Positions 36,774 to 50,610 of a DNA stretch of 64,000 bases are shown here, in pieces (position 1 is the first letter of the stretch; each line of letters starts with the position of its first letter). Below the pieces are notes generated by a model, which did no database searches, was not told where the DNA came from, and saw only the letters and a list, made by a program, of their open reading frames with translations. Position numbers and translations under genes: made by a program. Source of the DNA: Octopus sinensis (Eukaryota); the NCBI RefSeq assembly GCF_006345805.1, contig NC_042999.1, positions 4,092,001 through 4,156,000 of the forward strand. The letters are read 5' to 3'.

Positions 36774-37258
36774 AGACTCAGAGAAGGAAGAAGATTCCTC
36801 CTTGTACTCTATTCTAACAGTGTTGTAACATATACTTAAATGCATATATACTTTGTAGATAGATATTTTTCCAAGAATTATAATACAGATTTAACTGATA
36901 TTAATTCATAGTATGTTTAATGCTCAAGATATTCTGTAGAATTCCTCTGAAACATTTAATCTGATAACTTTGTTAGTAACCGGATCTACAAGTTTTTCAA
37001 ATCCCTCTTCTTTATAAAAAATATTCTCCTAAAATATTAGTGTACAACCAATTAAATTAAACATTAACACACTTCCTCTCATACTCTTAAAGTTTTGTGG
37101 GCATAGCTTTTAATGCTTACATTTATCAAGGTAAATGAACTGACACTAAAAAAAAAAACTATTGAATATATTTAATGTTTATATGTCTAGACATCAACCC
37201 ATCCCACACAATATGGTAATATTAAAATAACATGTCTATTACTCTAATTATAGATAGA

Positions 37259-37264
37259 TTCAGC

Positions 37265-37352
<88 letters not shown>

Positions 37353-37380
37353 ATTCTATATAAAGTATTCTATATAAAGT

Positions 37381-37416
<36 letters not shown>

Positions 37417-37442
37417 ATTCTATATATATATATATAGCTGAA
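37259..37442. repeat. (TA)n array with embedded TATAAAGTATTCTA units and inverted flanks
   Basis: ttcagc(ta)n ... (ta)n gctgaa, containing four AAAGTATTC units. Confidence 0.85.
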
Positions 37443-39519
37443 AGAGCTCAGTCAACTACTTCATTTCAATTAGTATAGTCAAATTAATATTGCTGCTTAT
37501 AATAAGATTTTTATATATTTCCTGAATGAAAAGCTTTCAAAGAATGAAGTATTCTATACTTATAGCATTCTCTCAGAAAACAAAACATTTTATAACCTTG
37601 CATAAGCAATTCAGAGCTGCATAAAAATCAGGTTCATGTTAGCATTAAGAAGTTTGCTGAGAATACATCTCTAAATCTGACTATGTATTAATTATAAAAG
37701 TCCTTCCTCATTGATGCAGCTGTGAAAGAAAGAGATTTAGTATATTAGTCAATGAATGCTGTCTTGTTAATGATGTAAACCATTTCATTGCCAAATAGCT
37801 GAATGGTAAATAATCATTAGTTTACATAATAACACTCTAATTAGACATAATGAAAATTCCTGTAAATATATGTGTCAGCATTTGAGTGTGTGTATGTGTG
37901 CATGCATGCGTGTGTGTGTGTGTGTGGGTGTAAGTATGTGTTTGTGTTTTGCATGTACATTTTTAGACACTCATTTATGAATACTTTTCATACATTTCAA
38001 CATCCATACTCACACGCATATTCACACCTATATTTATACACAGATAGACATGTAGTAATTTTTCCCATTATTAGTTAAATATATATGTGTGTGTGTCTGT
38101 CTCTTTATGTGTTATGTATGTGTAACTTTTCGTTTCTCTCACATAGATTCATGTATATCTGGACACTTATATGTATGAAAGGGTGTGTAGCTATACATAC
38201 AAATATTCATACATAGGTTTCTTGCTACTTCTGTATGTGTGTATGCATCTCTTTTCCTAATTTCTCTGAATTTACATGTGTGTGTTTTATGTATGCATGT
38301 GTATGAATATATGAATGTACTTTTCATTTATCCACATATATAAACAGATATAAATATATGTATATGTCTAATCAGATCAATAAATCCAGCCAATATAGCC
38401 TCTTTTTCATCTGCTTTAGCAATAGAGATGGAAATCAATATTCCATGCAACTCTTTTCTATAACAATTAGATCTAGTTGAGCAGAACTGCCAAAATGCAG
38501 CTCTCTAAATCTTATTTGTTTTTGTTAGTCAATGCTGTGAGAATATTGAACAGAATTAACTTGGTTCCATTTATCTGTTGATAAGTGATGATTCACAAAA
38601 ATAACCACTGAAAATGCATCAGTGTTGCACTATAAGAATATTGTAGATAATGGTTATGAGGCTAGGACTCGTAGGCGGCTGTGTAATTGAAAAAAGGAGG
38701 TCTTTAGCCAAAAATGATAAACAGTACATATGTAAAATATAAAATAGGAAAAAAACTTTGTTACTTGCCAGTGTTTTGTTTTGTGTTTGATATTGTGTTG
38801 TTATGATGATGATGATTTCATTATCATTCATAATTCACATCAAAACAGTATTTACCAGTTGTGGTTATTGGTGATTATACTGAGCTTAGTAGAAGTACTA
38901 ACGCAACTAGCATTTCATGTTAGACATTGTGAAGTGTCTGGTATTATTATTCTTATGCTCTCAATTGCATTCCTCCTGTAAGTTATCAATTAATTCAGCC
39001 ATTGGAGTGCAGCCATTTGTAAAAATTGATTCCTCTAAGCTCATGAGTAACAAGCAAATTTGGCATGCACAGTAGAAAAATATTCAACATAGAGACTGCT
39101 GGACTTTAATAACCTTTATTGTATTTTATTTTATTTGTCTAGTTAATATGCTTATTTGAATAATGTATTTTTGGTTGTTTCCATGTTTTAAAGCAAAGCT
39201 GTAGGGTTTTTTTTTCAATAAATTTTAATGTATTTATCTAAAATTACTAATAAGAAAAATGCAATAATAAATGTGATCAGATGAGTGAAATATTTAAAGA
39301 AAGTTTCAAACATGTTTTATCTATAAACAACTAAATTTTAACGGCTGTTGTTGACTAATCAGCTTGCTTTAATAAACCATATTTGATACTTTTGTAGTCT
39401 TTCCTCTGTTTTATTGCTTCAATTTACAATGACAGTTTTGTAAAAACGTTTTCATGTAGCAATCAAAAGTTATCTGAAGTTATGCTCATAAGAGGAATGT
39501 AACTTTTATGTATCTATTC

Positions 39520-39550
<31 letters not shown>

Positions 39551-40239
39551 TGTGTGTGTGCATATATAATATATATTTATTAGAGAATTACCATTCTCTC
39601 TTTCAGTAATGATTTCTAAACCAATGATTTTAAAACTAAAGATTTTTATTTTCATCCTCATCAATATAAAAAAAAGATGGAACATAAAAAATGTCAAAAC
39701 ACATAAAAGTAAGATTTATTAAAGATATAAATATAAAATTTTCAATATGAATATTAATATTGCTTTTGTTATTATTATCATCATCATCATCATCATCGTT
39801 TAGCGTCCGCTTTCCATGCTAGCATTTCTTTTATTATTATGACTGAAATTTTAAAGAAATCTCAAATGTCATACATACGTGTTTGTGTATCTGTGTGTAT
39901 TTATGTGTGTTTGTGTTTGTGATGAAGAATTGAAAGCAAAATACAAAAAAAAAACACACCAGCAAGATGGGATAAGTTCACAATCAAAATTATGAGGTTG
40001 ACTCTCAGAGAAATAGAAAGAGTTAATTGCTCTAACATTTCAGACAGGGTGTAGAATGGAAAGAAAGGTGGGAGAATGAGAAACTGGAAGAAGAAAGGAG
40101 AGGAAAATGAAAAAATACACTTCTGAGGAAAGCATCTCATGGTTTACACGCTGACCATCATGACGTGTACAGATGTAAAGTCTTGTGGTGGCCACAGTGG
40201 TATCAAGTTTGGACAATTGCCAAAGAATATATGGATAAT

Positions 40240-40515
40240 CAGTGGCAGACTGGGTTTAAAAATATTGGTTACCAGGAGACTAAGAGGGCCCACCCGCAAC
40301 CAGAAAGGGGCCCACCTGCAACTACAATGCTATCATTTAATTTTTTTTCTGTTAAAAGTATTCTTTTCAACTGTCTACAAACAAAGCCAGGCTGAAATAA
40401 TTAAAACATTCTTCCAGGAGTGAATAAAAAATTCTCAAACTTGAGGGGATGGGCCCCCATATATGGATTCTAATGGCACATCAGGCAAGTTGGCAACCTG
40501 GCCAGTCCACCACTG
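40240..40515. mobile_element. MITE with 14-bp TIRs and an apparent 5-bp TSD (ATAAT)
   Basis: ATAAT|CAGTGGCAGACTGG ... CCAGTCCACCACTG|ATAAT, with subterminal GGGCCC motifs as in hAT-type MITEs. Confidence 0.75.
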
Positions 40516-41034
40516 ATAATATTCTTGCTTTAAAAACATAAAGTTTATTGCGAATAGACGTGTTACACCTTTAGCTTCTGTTGATCTCAAACTCATATGA
40601 AATATTCACTGTTTTATGTCCCAATTTTATTTTACCAAAGTTTAACTGCTGGACTATGTTTTTTGTGTGTTTAGCTATGAGCATTTGTGTGTATGACTGG
40701 CAACAATTAGCTGAATTTTCAGAATTTGTGAAGTTGATGCCTATCTCAGAAATCATTACTGATTAACAATAGAATATTATTGCATCATGGAACCGGTAGA
40801 GCACCAAACTAAATGCTTTGATATATTTAGCTATGTCCTTATCTATTCTGAATTTACTCAGAATGATAATAACATTGATACTAATGCCCACACTTCATGC
40901 ACCAGCTAATATCCCAATATACTCTTTTACCAACTCTGTCATGGCTGTGCTTTTACTCTTTCTATGCTAGCTTACTGCATTTATTTAACAGATGGTTAAT
41001 ACTTTCATCTCTTTTATTATTATTATTATTATTC

Positions 41035-41253
41035 AATAGTTTTATTTTTTTAGCGTGCTTTCACTTCACTACCGAGCGCAGCTCTGTGTGCCTTGGGTAT
41101 GTGCTGTGATTTGTTGTGATGCTCTGATGGTTATTGTATGGAAAGTGTTCTGCGTAGGATGTGTGCAGTGCCTAGTAGTGCAATTTTCTGTATGTTATAT
41201 GTGTTTGTAAGTCCTGGTGTTTTTGTTATGTATTTGTCTGAATATTTTTTATC
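41035..41253 (-). mobile_element. 5'-truncated R4/Dong-like retrotransposon between (TAT)n runs
   Basis: Minus strand KKYSDKYITKTPGLTNTYNIQKIALLGTAHILRRTLSIQ* plus 3' UTR. TAT/TTA repeats on both sides. Confidence 0.85.
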
Positions 41254-41294
41254 ATATTATTATTATTATTATTATTATTACTACTATTATTACT

Positions 41295-41328
<34 letters not shown>

Positions 41329-41335
41329 CTGCCAC

Positions 41336-41368
<33 letters not shown>

Positions 41369-41391
41369 TATTAATTATTATTATTATTATT
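41254..41391. repeat. (TAT)n(CAT)n compound microsatellite
   Basis: Read directly. Source of the poly-Y/poly-H ORF. Confidence 0.95.
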
Positions 41392-41734
41392 GAAATGACA
41401 AAAGAATGACAACTACTTGTATTTTATACAATATCTTTTGATCATCCACAATAATGTTAAGTTGCTGTCAATAAAAATATCAAAACGAAAAACAAAAGAA
41501 TATGTGTAGCAGGAGAAAATAGGAATTATGAAATAATATTTTTTAATAGAAAAGTGAAAAGAAGACAAGATTTTACTGAATACTTCAACTTTTAAATTAA
41601 AATTTTCATAAAATTCCAAATTCCATAAAATCATTTTTATGTGTCAATAATAATTTTCTAAATTTGAAATTTTGTTCAGTTATCTTTGCAAGATATTTTA
41701 ATCTTTGGACATCAAGAGACTGAACAACTTTATA

Positions 41735-42153
41735 CTAGAGTTTTCACCTGCCTTTATCATTTTTGTTAGTTTTGCACTATATTTTTGTATTTGGACACAA
41801 AAAGGGTAAACAACTGTCCTCCAAATTCTTTATCTGTCTTTGTCTCAGTCATACAACAGATACACAACAACTTTATCAGTTATATAAGTCATTCATTACA
41901 GTAGATATTGGTAATGATTTGATTTAAATTATCTTGCCAGATGAACAAATAAAAAAAAAAATGACCCCAAATTTCAAATGAATGTGGTCCCACTTTTATA
42001 GGACATGAGCAGATAGTGCAACAATCTGAGTATGCCATGAGGTTTCCAGACATAAGTCTTACTCACATGTCAGGTTTCATCAAAATTGATAAAACGATGT
42101 AGGAGGAGTTAGCTAACAACTCCACAAACAGAATTTCCCACATATGTAGTAGA
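41735..42153 (-). mobile_element. Probable old non-autonomous Helitron
   Basis: Minus strand begins a|TCTACTACATATG and ends CTAG|t. Similar layout to 62078-62469 (tgtaggaggagttag..ac.aacaga motif). The 3' hairpin has decayed. Confidence 0.45.
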
Positions 42154-42154
42154 T

Positions 42155-42317
42155 ACGATGGGCTTCTTTCAGTTTCTACTTACCAAATCCACTCACAAGG
42201 CTTTGGTCAGCCCAAGGCTATAGTAGAAGACACTTACCCGAGGTGCCATGCAGTTGGACTGAACCCAGGACTGTGTGGTTGAGAAGCAAGCTTCTTACCA
42301 CACAACCATGCCTGCAC
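42155..42317 (-). mobile_element. SINE family A 5' half
   Basis: Reverse complement of the 7669 head and body. Confidence 0.85.
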
Positions 42318-42391
42318 ATATATATATATTTTTAATAAATATTGTCAGGATAAGACTGAAGTTAATTATTCAGGTGCTGGTGTGGCTATAT

Positions 42392-42463
42392 TCTACTATA
42401 GCCTCGGGCTGACTAAAACCTTGTGAGTGGATTTGGTTGACGGAAACTGAAAGAAGCCTGTCG

Positions 42464-42538
<75 letters not shown>

Positions 42539-42781
42539 ATATATGTATATGTATGTATGTGTGTGTATATGTTTGTGTGTCTGTGTTTGTCCCCCCAACA
42601 TTGCTTGACGACTGATGCTGGTGTGTTTACATCCCAGTAACTTAGCGGTTCATCAAAAGAGACTGATAGAATAAGTACTAGGCTTACAAAGAGTAAGTCC
42701 TGGGTTCGATTTGCTTGACTAAAGGCGGTGCTCCAGCATGGCCACAGTAAAAAGGGGCTGAAATAAGTAAAAGTAAAAGAG
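42392..42781 (+). mobile_element. SINE family A, 5'-truncated young copy
   Basis: ttctactatagcctcgggctgac...gaaactgaaagaagcctgtcg (TA)n ... gctccagcatggccacag ... gtaaaag. Confidence 0.9.
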
Positions 42782-43103
42782 CCATGTTTTTGTGTGTATG
42801 TGTGTGTATGTATATACACATATGTTTGTTTATTTTTATGTCCATTTTTCTATGCAAGTATGAGCAAGATGGATATATTATTGTGGCTTTTTTTATGGTT
42901 GGATTCCTTTCTTGTTACTAATCCTCATTTATTTTTCAAACAAGATCTCTTATTTAGCATGTCCTTGACGATGTGAAGTGAGTAGATGATTTGATAATTT
43001 TTTGTCATAAAAAGTGACAACAGTGACATCATTCAACAAACTTGCATAGAATGCAAATTTTAAACAAACACTCACAAACACACACACCCATGCACATGTG
43101 ACA

Positions 43104-43255
43104 TGCTTCTTTCAGTCTCCATCTGCTAAATTCACTCCTATAGCTTTGATCAGTCCAAAACTATAGTAGAACGTACTTGCCCATAGTGTTACACCGGGAC
43201 TGAACTTGAAATCCCATGGTTCAGAGGGAAACTTCTCAACCACACAGCCATGTAT
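43104..43255 (-). mobile_element. SINE family A fragment
   Basis: gcttctttcagtctcc...tatagtagaa..acttgccc...accacacagccatg. Confidence 0.7.
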
Positions 43256-43514
43256 GTGCCTATACACACATACACACGCATGTGTGTGTGTGTATGTATA
43301 TATACAATGCATAGATGTGTGTGTGTGTGTGTGTGTGTGTACACGTAGTCAACTCAACTACTATAGGCAAGAGTATAAAAACTGCATTCCTCTGCTAAGC
43401 CATGTTAAGCCAGTGTGGCAGAGTAGGATCATTAAACTAGGATGATCACAAGCTCAAATTCAAGCCTCCACATCATCCCATGGTTGGTGGAGAGAACATA
43501 CTGAGGCCTTTGTC

Positions 43515-43762
43515 CTCATCATCATCATTGTTCGACTGTGGTCGAGACAATGGAATTTACCATGCTACGCCAAACTTCACGGTCCATCATGGCATTACGG
43601 AGGTCCTGTTGCTGGATGCCTGTATCCCTGGAGATTACATCAGGGTAGGAGAGTGTGCACCCTCTGGTATTGCGAGTAGATGGCTTCCAGAGGAGAAGAG
43701 TAGAAATTACCTTTTTTTCAGCTCTACAACAATGTCCAGCAAACTGGACTCTCCTACCTTTC
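43515..43762 (-). mobile_element. RTE-clade LINE 3' end
   Basis: VKGRRVQFAGHCCRAEKKVISTLLLWKPSTRNTRGCTLSYPDVISRDTGIQQQDLRNAMMDREVWRSMVNSIVSTTVEQ*, then a (TGA)n tail. Has the RRLxFAGH and MxDRxxWR motifs. Confidence 0.9.
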
Positions 43763-45702
43763 ACAAGGTAAACTACCACCTTTGTCCTACTGTGGAATGA
43801 ATATAGGCAATCTAATTCAATATATGCATACACATACACATACTGTCAATTTAGGTTGCAGTTGATTATAAATATGAGATAAAAAAGCTAAATCTGAAAA
43901 ATTACCTTATATTGTTGATTGACTTAAATAGTTGTCTCCTTTCACTCAAAATGTCTTCTTCAGATTCTGGTAAAGTGAACTTTCTTTACAACCCTGCATG
44001 ATTTGGTTTTTACATCAGAGTATGAATATGAGTGTATATTTATACATACCCACCTACATTCCTACATGTTTCTGGATTTGCATGCAAATATACAAAGCTG
44101 CCCAATTATATATAAATATATGTGCATGTATGTATATATATATATATATATATAATATATATATATATTTATATTTATGTTTCGATTTATATATTTATGT
44201 ATACACTAAAATCTAAAATGCATTGTTATAGAAGTAAGTGAAATGACAGATAAAAAAACGAGGTATTTATTGGAAGAAATACAGCTGCACCTATAATGCA
44301 TGTCAATTGATTGTACAGCATCTCACCTGTAAGGTATGGATGCATGATGATCTGAAATGGTTCTGAATAAAGGGTTTCATCTATTCCATTTTTTGTCTCT
44401 TATATTTTTATATAAATTCTACAGAGACAAAAGAATAGTATGATAGTATGAAGTAAATCCAATGAAATATAACTTCCATAACTTTCAGGTAACCAAATAC
44501 TGTGGATGGTCTTTAAACAGCATACAACAAGGTGTCTACCCAAATATAAAATTATTTCTATATTTATATATGTGCTATAGACAGACCATGAATATATATA
44601 CATATATTTATATATATATCTATATATTCACATATATGTATCATCATCATCAACATCATCATCTGTGTATATATATGCATATAATGAATGTAGAATTTAA
44701 AGCTTATTTACTAGGTCATTAGTATGTAAAATGCATATGCACAAGGAAGCATTTCATAGTATGAAGGATTTCCTGACTTGTAATCTTTTACAAGTCTGTT
44801 TTTATGTGAATATGTCAGGATACAAAGATAGAGCCAGTTGTAATATCAATGGTTGCTATTAATTCATCTTTCACTTCTCACTTACTTTCTACCATTTTCT
44901 CTCAACTGAATGAAATTTCTAAGAAATATTCCCTCTCTGCCTTATCAATGCTATCCAAATGATTCTTCACATAAAAATTTCCTATTTACTTCTAAATCTG
45001 TACCTTCATTCTTTCATCTTATTTCCTGTCTTTTATTTTCTCTCTTTTTTCTCTTTCATTCCTCTCAGTCTTTGATGGTTATTTTTTTTAGTTTTCGTAT
45101 TCTTCTTATTATTATTATCATCGTCATCATCATCATCATCATCATCATCAACGTCGTTGTTGTTGTTGTTGTTTTGCATTATTCAACTTTATTTTTATTT
45201 CTTTATTCCATTTAGACATGTTAACCTTACTGTAATCAGTAAAATTCTTCATATCATCCATATTATTCCAATAGCAACATAATGGTTCTCATTATTGTCC
45301 TTTATTTTATTGAATGTCTTATATATATCTTACTAGTGAATAAGTGATTTATTTCAATATGGCTGTCATGAATTAGGCATCTAACATCTTTTTGTCTTTG
45401 TTTGATTTCACTTTAGCTTTGGCAGATTTATTTAAATTATACACTTTGTGTTACTTTATGGCTTCTGTGTTTTCAAAACATTTCCAGTATTTCTAATACT
45501 TTTATTTTTGCTTGGTGTGTATTCTTTATTTTTACTTTTTACTTTATTTATATATTTGTTTGTTTGGAATTTTCTTCATGCAAAATATATTCTTCAATTT
45601 CTCTTAGCTATTCTGAAGAAGCTTATAGATTTCAATGATATTCTAATGTACTACTACTTTCAAAACAGGAAACACTGCTCATTTCCAAATGATTGCATAA
45701 AA

Positions 45703-45742
<40 letters not shown>

Positions 45743-46789
45743 TTTATTTACATATGTATGTATTTGTGTGTATGTGTGTCTGTGTGAATGAGATCATCAT
45801 CATCATCACCACCTTTTAATGTCCATTTTCCATGCTGGTATATATTTTTGTACATGTATGTATATATACTTTATGATATTGAAATCATTCATTCTAAAGA
45901 AAATTCTGGACTAAAACCTGACTGAACTACTAGTACATTTTTATATTGCAATTTAGTTTTTTCTCATCCATTTTCAAATCGCAATATTATTTAATGATTG
46001 ATATAGCATCCACCACCACTTCTAAAATTACCATTTTACTGTTACTACTCATGTTCTGTCAATATGTCAGTACCACTGGATGATCTAAAATATTTTAGAA
46101 ACTGAAATGGAAGTTATTATGGAGCTATGGAAGTTATGATGGAGAAATGGTTGAGATTGTAAGTTGCTGTACTAAATGTTTTATTGTGTTTAGCTTTTTT
46201 ATGTGTTCTGAAATCAAATCTCACTATTATCCACTTTTCCTTTCAAATTAATAGCATTTGTGTAACGTACTTGAGTAGAGGGAGGAGGAAATAGTTCAAC
46301 TGACTAACATTTCACTAAGAAGCATTTTTCTTTTACCTTGTTAAGAACCATCTGTTATAATTAAAGTTGTGCAGTTATAAGTTTTTGGCAAGATAATTCA
46401 TGCCACAGTAGGAAAACTAATAATTTTGCTACATTAAATTGAGAATTACATATGAATCAACTGTTGTTGTAGGTTCTTGCTAAATTTCTTTCAATCACTT
46501 TAAGAAAATGCTTTTGATTGGCTACTATTAAATAATTTAAAATGCTTCTACCATTTACTAGGTATGTTAACACAAAGATCTTTATTATTTATTTCTCAAA
46601 AAATCCCATAGCACAATTTTCATCATCAGCATACAAAATACATCAGCACCACATTTTTAAAAAATAATCTGAAAATTTGAAAAACTTAAAGTGGGTGGAA
46701 GAAATTTAATAAGATCCTTGTTATATAGTATTTTATCTCTTCTGTGGTCTTGTGCTCATGTCATACAATGTTTTTAGCCCTCATTAGAA

Positions 46790-47310
46790 GCCTAGTGAAT
46801 ATACCATTCAAAATCATCTTGAAGCTCCTTCTTTATAGTCCAGTTTTCAGTTCCAGAGAGAAGTATGCTCTCTAAATGTGCCCTTAAAGAAGGCCAGCCT
46901 TGTTAACTTTGAAATACTTGATTACCAGATAATATGAAGTTTGTTACAGGTGCTTCACACTTGTCCTTTGCATGTCAGTAAATCTTTCTAACTATTAGCA
47001 ACATTAGTCCTGAAGTATCTGAAGTCACTGACCTGGAGTTGTGTACCATTGTTTGAACAAATTGGCAGGTGACTTTTATCTTCATTGATAGCCTGGTGTT
47101 CAGTTTTCTTTGCATTGAGAAACAGATTGACTTTGGCTGCTGCAGTTTCAAGGATGTTAACAAGTCTTGTACATCACACAGTTCAATACAATAGTGTTCA
47201 AAGTGGCAGAGAAAGGATAGAGCAGAATGATAGGTTAGGCATTGAAGATTGATCTTTTTATCAAGTAGAAGACTTTCTTCTGAATGCAAAGTATGATTAA
47301 ATGATAAATG
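46790..47310 (-). pseudogene. Degraded RTE-clade reverse transcriptase fragment
   Basis: Minus strand VSDFRYF..N*KDL..CKGQV*STCNKLHIIW*SSISKLTRLAFF, resembling VxDFKYLGS...RKxxAWxACNKLxKIWxSxLxxxxKLxFFRA. Probably related to 43515-43762. Confidence 0.7.
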
Positions 47311-48353
47311 CCATTTTTGATATGAGAGCAGTACAGTATGTTGAAGTACATTGAAGGCATATTTATTGTAGAAGGAGGAAAGAAAGAAGGAAGAGAAAGA
47401 GGAAAAGGGGGAGAAAGAGGTTGTACTAGTAGTTGTGGTAGTAGCAATAGTAGTGGTAGCAGCAGCAACTCTAGTAGCCTGTTGTTGTTGACCATCCTGT
47501 CTTTTTCAAGGGATAGTTTATTTTATCAAGAGTTACTATATCCTGGACAGACATGAATCCTGATTTTATGTTAGTGAAGTGTGATTTGAGGGAGATTTAA
47601 ATGCTATTTCTTGTGGATCAAATAACTACATAGAATCTCCTTTGTCAGCTTGTCTCTGTTGCAATGAGAAAGCAAAATTTTGTCAGTGCAATTTTAGCAA
47701 AAATTTTTTGTATTTGATTGTTTCTTAGAGTATTTGATGCTCAGCATCATCCTCATTGTCATCATTATTATATGATATCATTGTTTTATTCCTTAAAGTT
47801 CACTCCTATCTTTAAAAGGAAAACTTAATTATTGAAAATAAAATTTCAGAGTATGTATAATAATGAATTTTTTTTCTCTCTTTTACTTTTAAAAAACACA
47901 AAAAATAGTCATATAAGAATTGTTCAATTTTCTGATACTACATGTAATTAAGAGCTAAGAGATATTTTACCAATGTGTCTACTGGTTAGGATTCCTGACT
48001 TTCACTTCAAGCAGCCCATGTTTGATCACTAATTCTTTAGGCACAGGCATGGCTGTCAGATAAAGAATTTCACCTTTGAACCACATGGCTAAAGATTCAG
48101 TTCCACTGTGTGAGTATTGTTGGTTAATGATCTATGCTAGAGTTGCAGGTCAGTTTTGTGAGTGAAATTGGTAGCAGAAGTTGAAAGTGCACATCAGCTT
48201 GTAGGATGCCAGAATGACTAGGTATGTTAACACAAAGATCACAGTCAGATAAACAACATTTCATGCATCAAGTGTTTTTAGGATTTGTGTGTGTGTGTGT
48301 ATACATACACACTTATGCATATCTGCGTAAGTTCTCCTTACCTTTATTTGTTT

Positions 48354-48770
48354 ACTCTTTTACTCTTTTACTTGTTTCAGTCATTTGACTGCGGTCATGC
48401 TGGAGCACCGCCTTTAGTCAAGCAAATCGACCCCGGAACTTATTCTTTGTAAGCCCAGTACTTATTCTATCAGTCTCTTTTGCCAAACCGCTAAGTTATG
48501 GGGACGTAAACACACCAACATCGGTTGTCAAGCAGTGCTAGGGGGACAAACACAGACACACAAACACACACACATACACAAACACACACACACACATACA
48601 TATATACGACGGGCTTCTTTCAATTTCCGTCTACCAAATCCACTCACAAGGATTTGGTCAGCCCGAGGCTACAGTAGAAGACACTTGCCCAAGGTGCCAC
48701 GCAGTGGGACTGAACCCAGAACCATGTGGTTGGTTAGCAAGCTACTTATCACATAGCCACTCCTGCGCCT
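48354..48770 (-). mobile_element. SINE family A, full-length young copy
   Basis: Complete head to tail (ccactcctgcgcc at the right end, (TACTCTTT)n at the left). Near-identical to 55628-56035. Confidence 0.95.
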
Positions 48771-50399
48771 GTTTGGTGACTGTAAATAAAACAACAGTCT
48801 TGCTATTAAAACAGGTAGTATCATATGCTTACAGTCAATGCAAAAGCATGTTTAGGCTTCTTGATGTATACTCTTTGTAAGCAGAAAGGTTCGTAATTAT
48901 GTCCTGGTTGTTCCTTGTTTAATAGACTTGGGGATTATTACCTTGCTTGGAAAGAATTGAGGGTCAGTGACAAGAAAAGTATCCAGCCATAGGAAATCTG
49001 CCTCAACAAATTGTCTGGCCTATGCAGCTATAGAAAACTGGACACTAAAATGACGATGGTGTTATTGCTTACCTTGCTGAAAATATTCTGTCAAAGAATC
49101 TACTCAGCAAACTGTTCAATAACAATACTGCAAAACAGAAATTTTTAAATGGACAGAAAGTAAATAACATTTTATCTTTGCTTGCAGTTTCCATTATTTT
49201 TCAAAATACACAAAATTATAATTTATGTTTCTACATTTGTATTGTTCAAGCTGTATGGTTTTTCATATTAAACAAGCTAGTTTGATGTGGATGTGAAGTC
49301 AAAGTGATTTGCTGGATGGAATAGATGCTGTTTTGCTAGAAATAATTGGATTTTAACAAGAGTAATGTCTACCCAGTCTTTAATGTTGCAGACGATAAAA
49401 TCTTTATGTTCTCACATAAAATGTTTCACTTTCTATCAAAATACACAGTAAAAACAGCAACGACAAAAAAACAAACAAGCAGTTGTAAACAAATCAAGTA
49501 AGAAGCATTAGTAATAACACAACTAAATGTTCTTTTAACATGAAATAAAAATACAACTAACTCATCTGTTTCTGTTAATGTAACGACATATTTACTGTGA
49601 TAATTGTTTTATTTCTATCTAGAAATCATACTATTAAAAACAAGTAAGTAAATAAACAAATAAAGTACTCCCAGATATTTGTCTCTGCAGAACAACATTT
49701 TGGGAGTAAAAATAAATGGAAGCAAAAAGAATAAAACAAATACCTATTATGATAAAGTGGAAAGTGTTTCTATGAAGAACACTTACAAATAGGAAAATTA
49801 TTTAGTGAAATAGAATTTTCAAATGAACTAAATATATTGATTATTATGATACAGGCTAGTCAATATGATACAAAGCATTATTTTGGGAGAGTGAGTAAAC
49901 ACATGAATAGACCATTTTTGTCTTTTTTAAAGTTCTTTGAATGTCAAAAGACAGGCTATAAAAATCTAGCTGGAAGAATTTGACTTTAAAATTGAGGTGT
50001 AATGCCAATAAACTACAAAAACAGAGTGATAGTTAAACATAATTTCGAATTCTTCATAGATTTAGTATGCGAGATTCCATGATGGTAATGTGTTTGAAAA
50101 TATGGGGAATGGGGGAATTTGCAAATTTTGTGAACATTTCAATATCATTATTAAAACATGTTATTTACCTATCACAAAACCCATAGGAGTGGCTTAGTGC
50201 ACCAATGTGCTTTACACTCATTCACATATGCATATGCATATATACACTGCCTTAAAACCTCAACTTGTAATAGAGTCATAGGGATGTGGTCATGACATAC
50301 TATACTCTTGTCATTTCATCTGTCATGGTTGCATGCTAGACTTTAGGTTTCCATTCCTTGATGTTGTCCATCTAACTTTTCATATTCATTCACTTCCAC

Positions 50400-50476
50400 A
50401 ATACACACACACACAGACACACAGACACACACACATATATATATATACACATCTATACCTATATATACATACACAT

Positions 50477-50537
<61 letters not shown>

Positions 50538-50568
50538 CATATGTATATATATACATATAATATCTATA

Positions 50569-50610
<42 letters not shown>
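50400..50610. repeat. (CA)n/(TA)n microsatellite block
   Basis: Read directly. Confidence 0.95.

Noticed and set aside
41138-41374. Poly-Tyr/poly-His ORF
   Set aside because: Antisense of a retrotransposon fragment running into (TAT)n(CAT)n.
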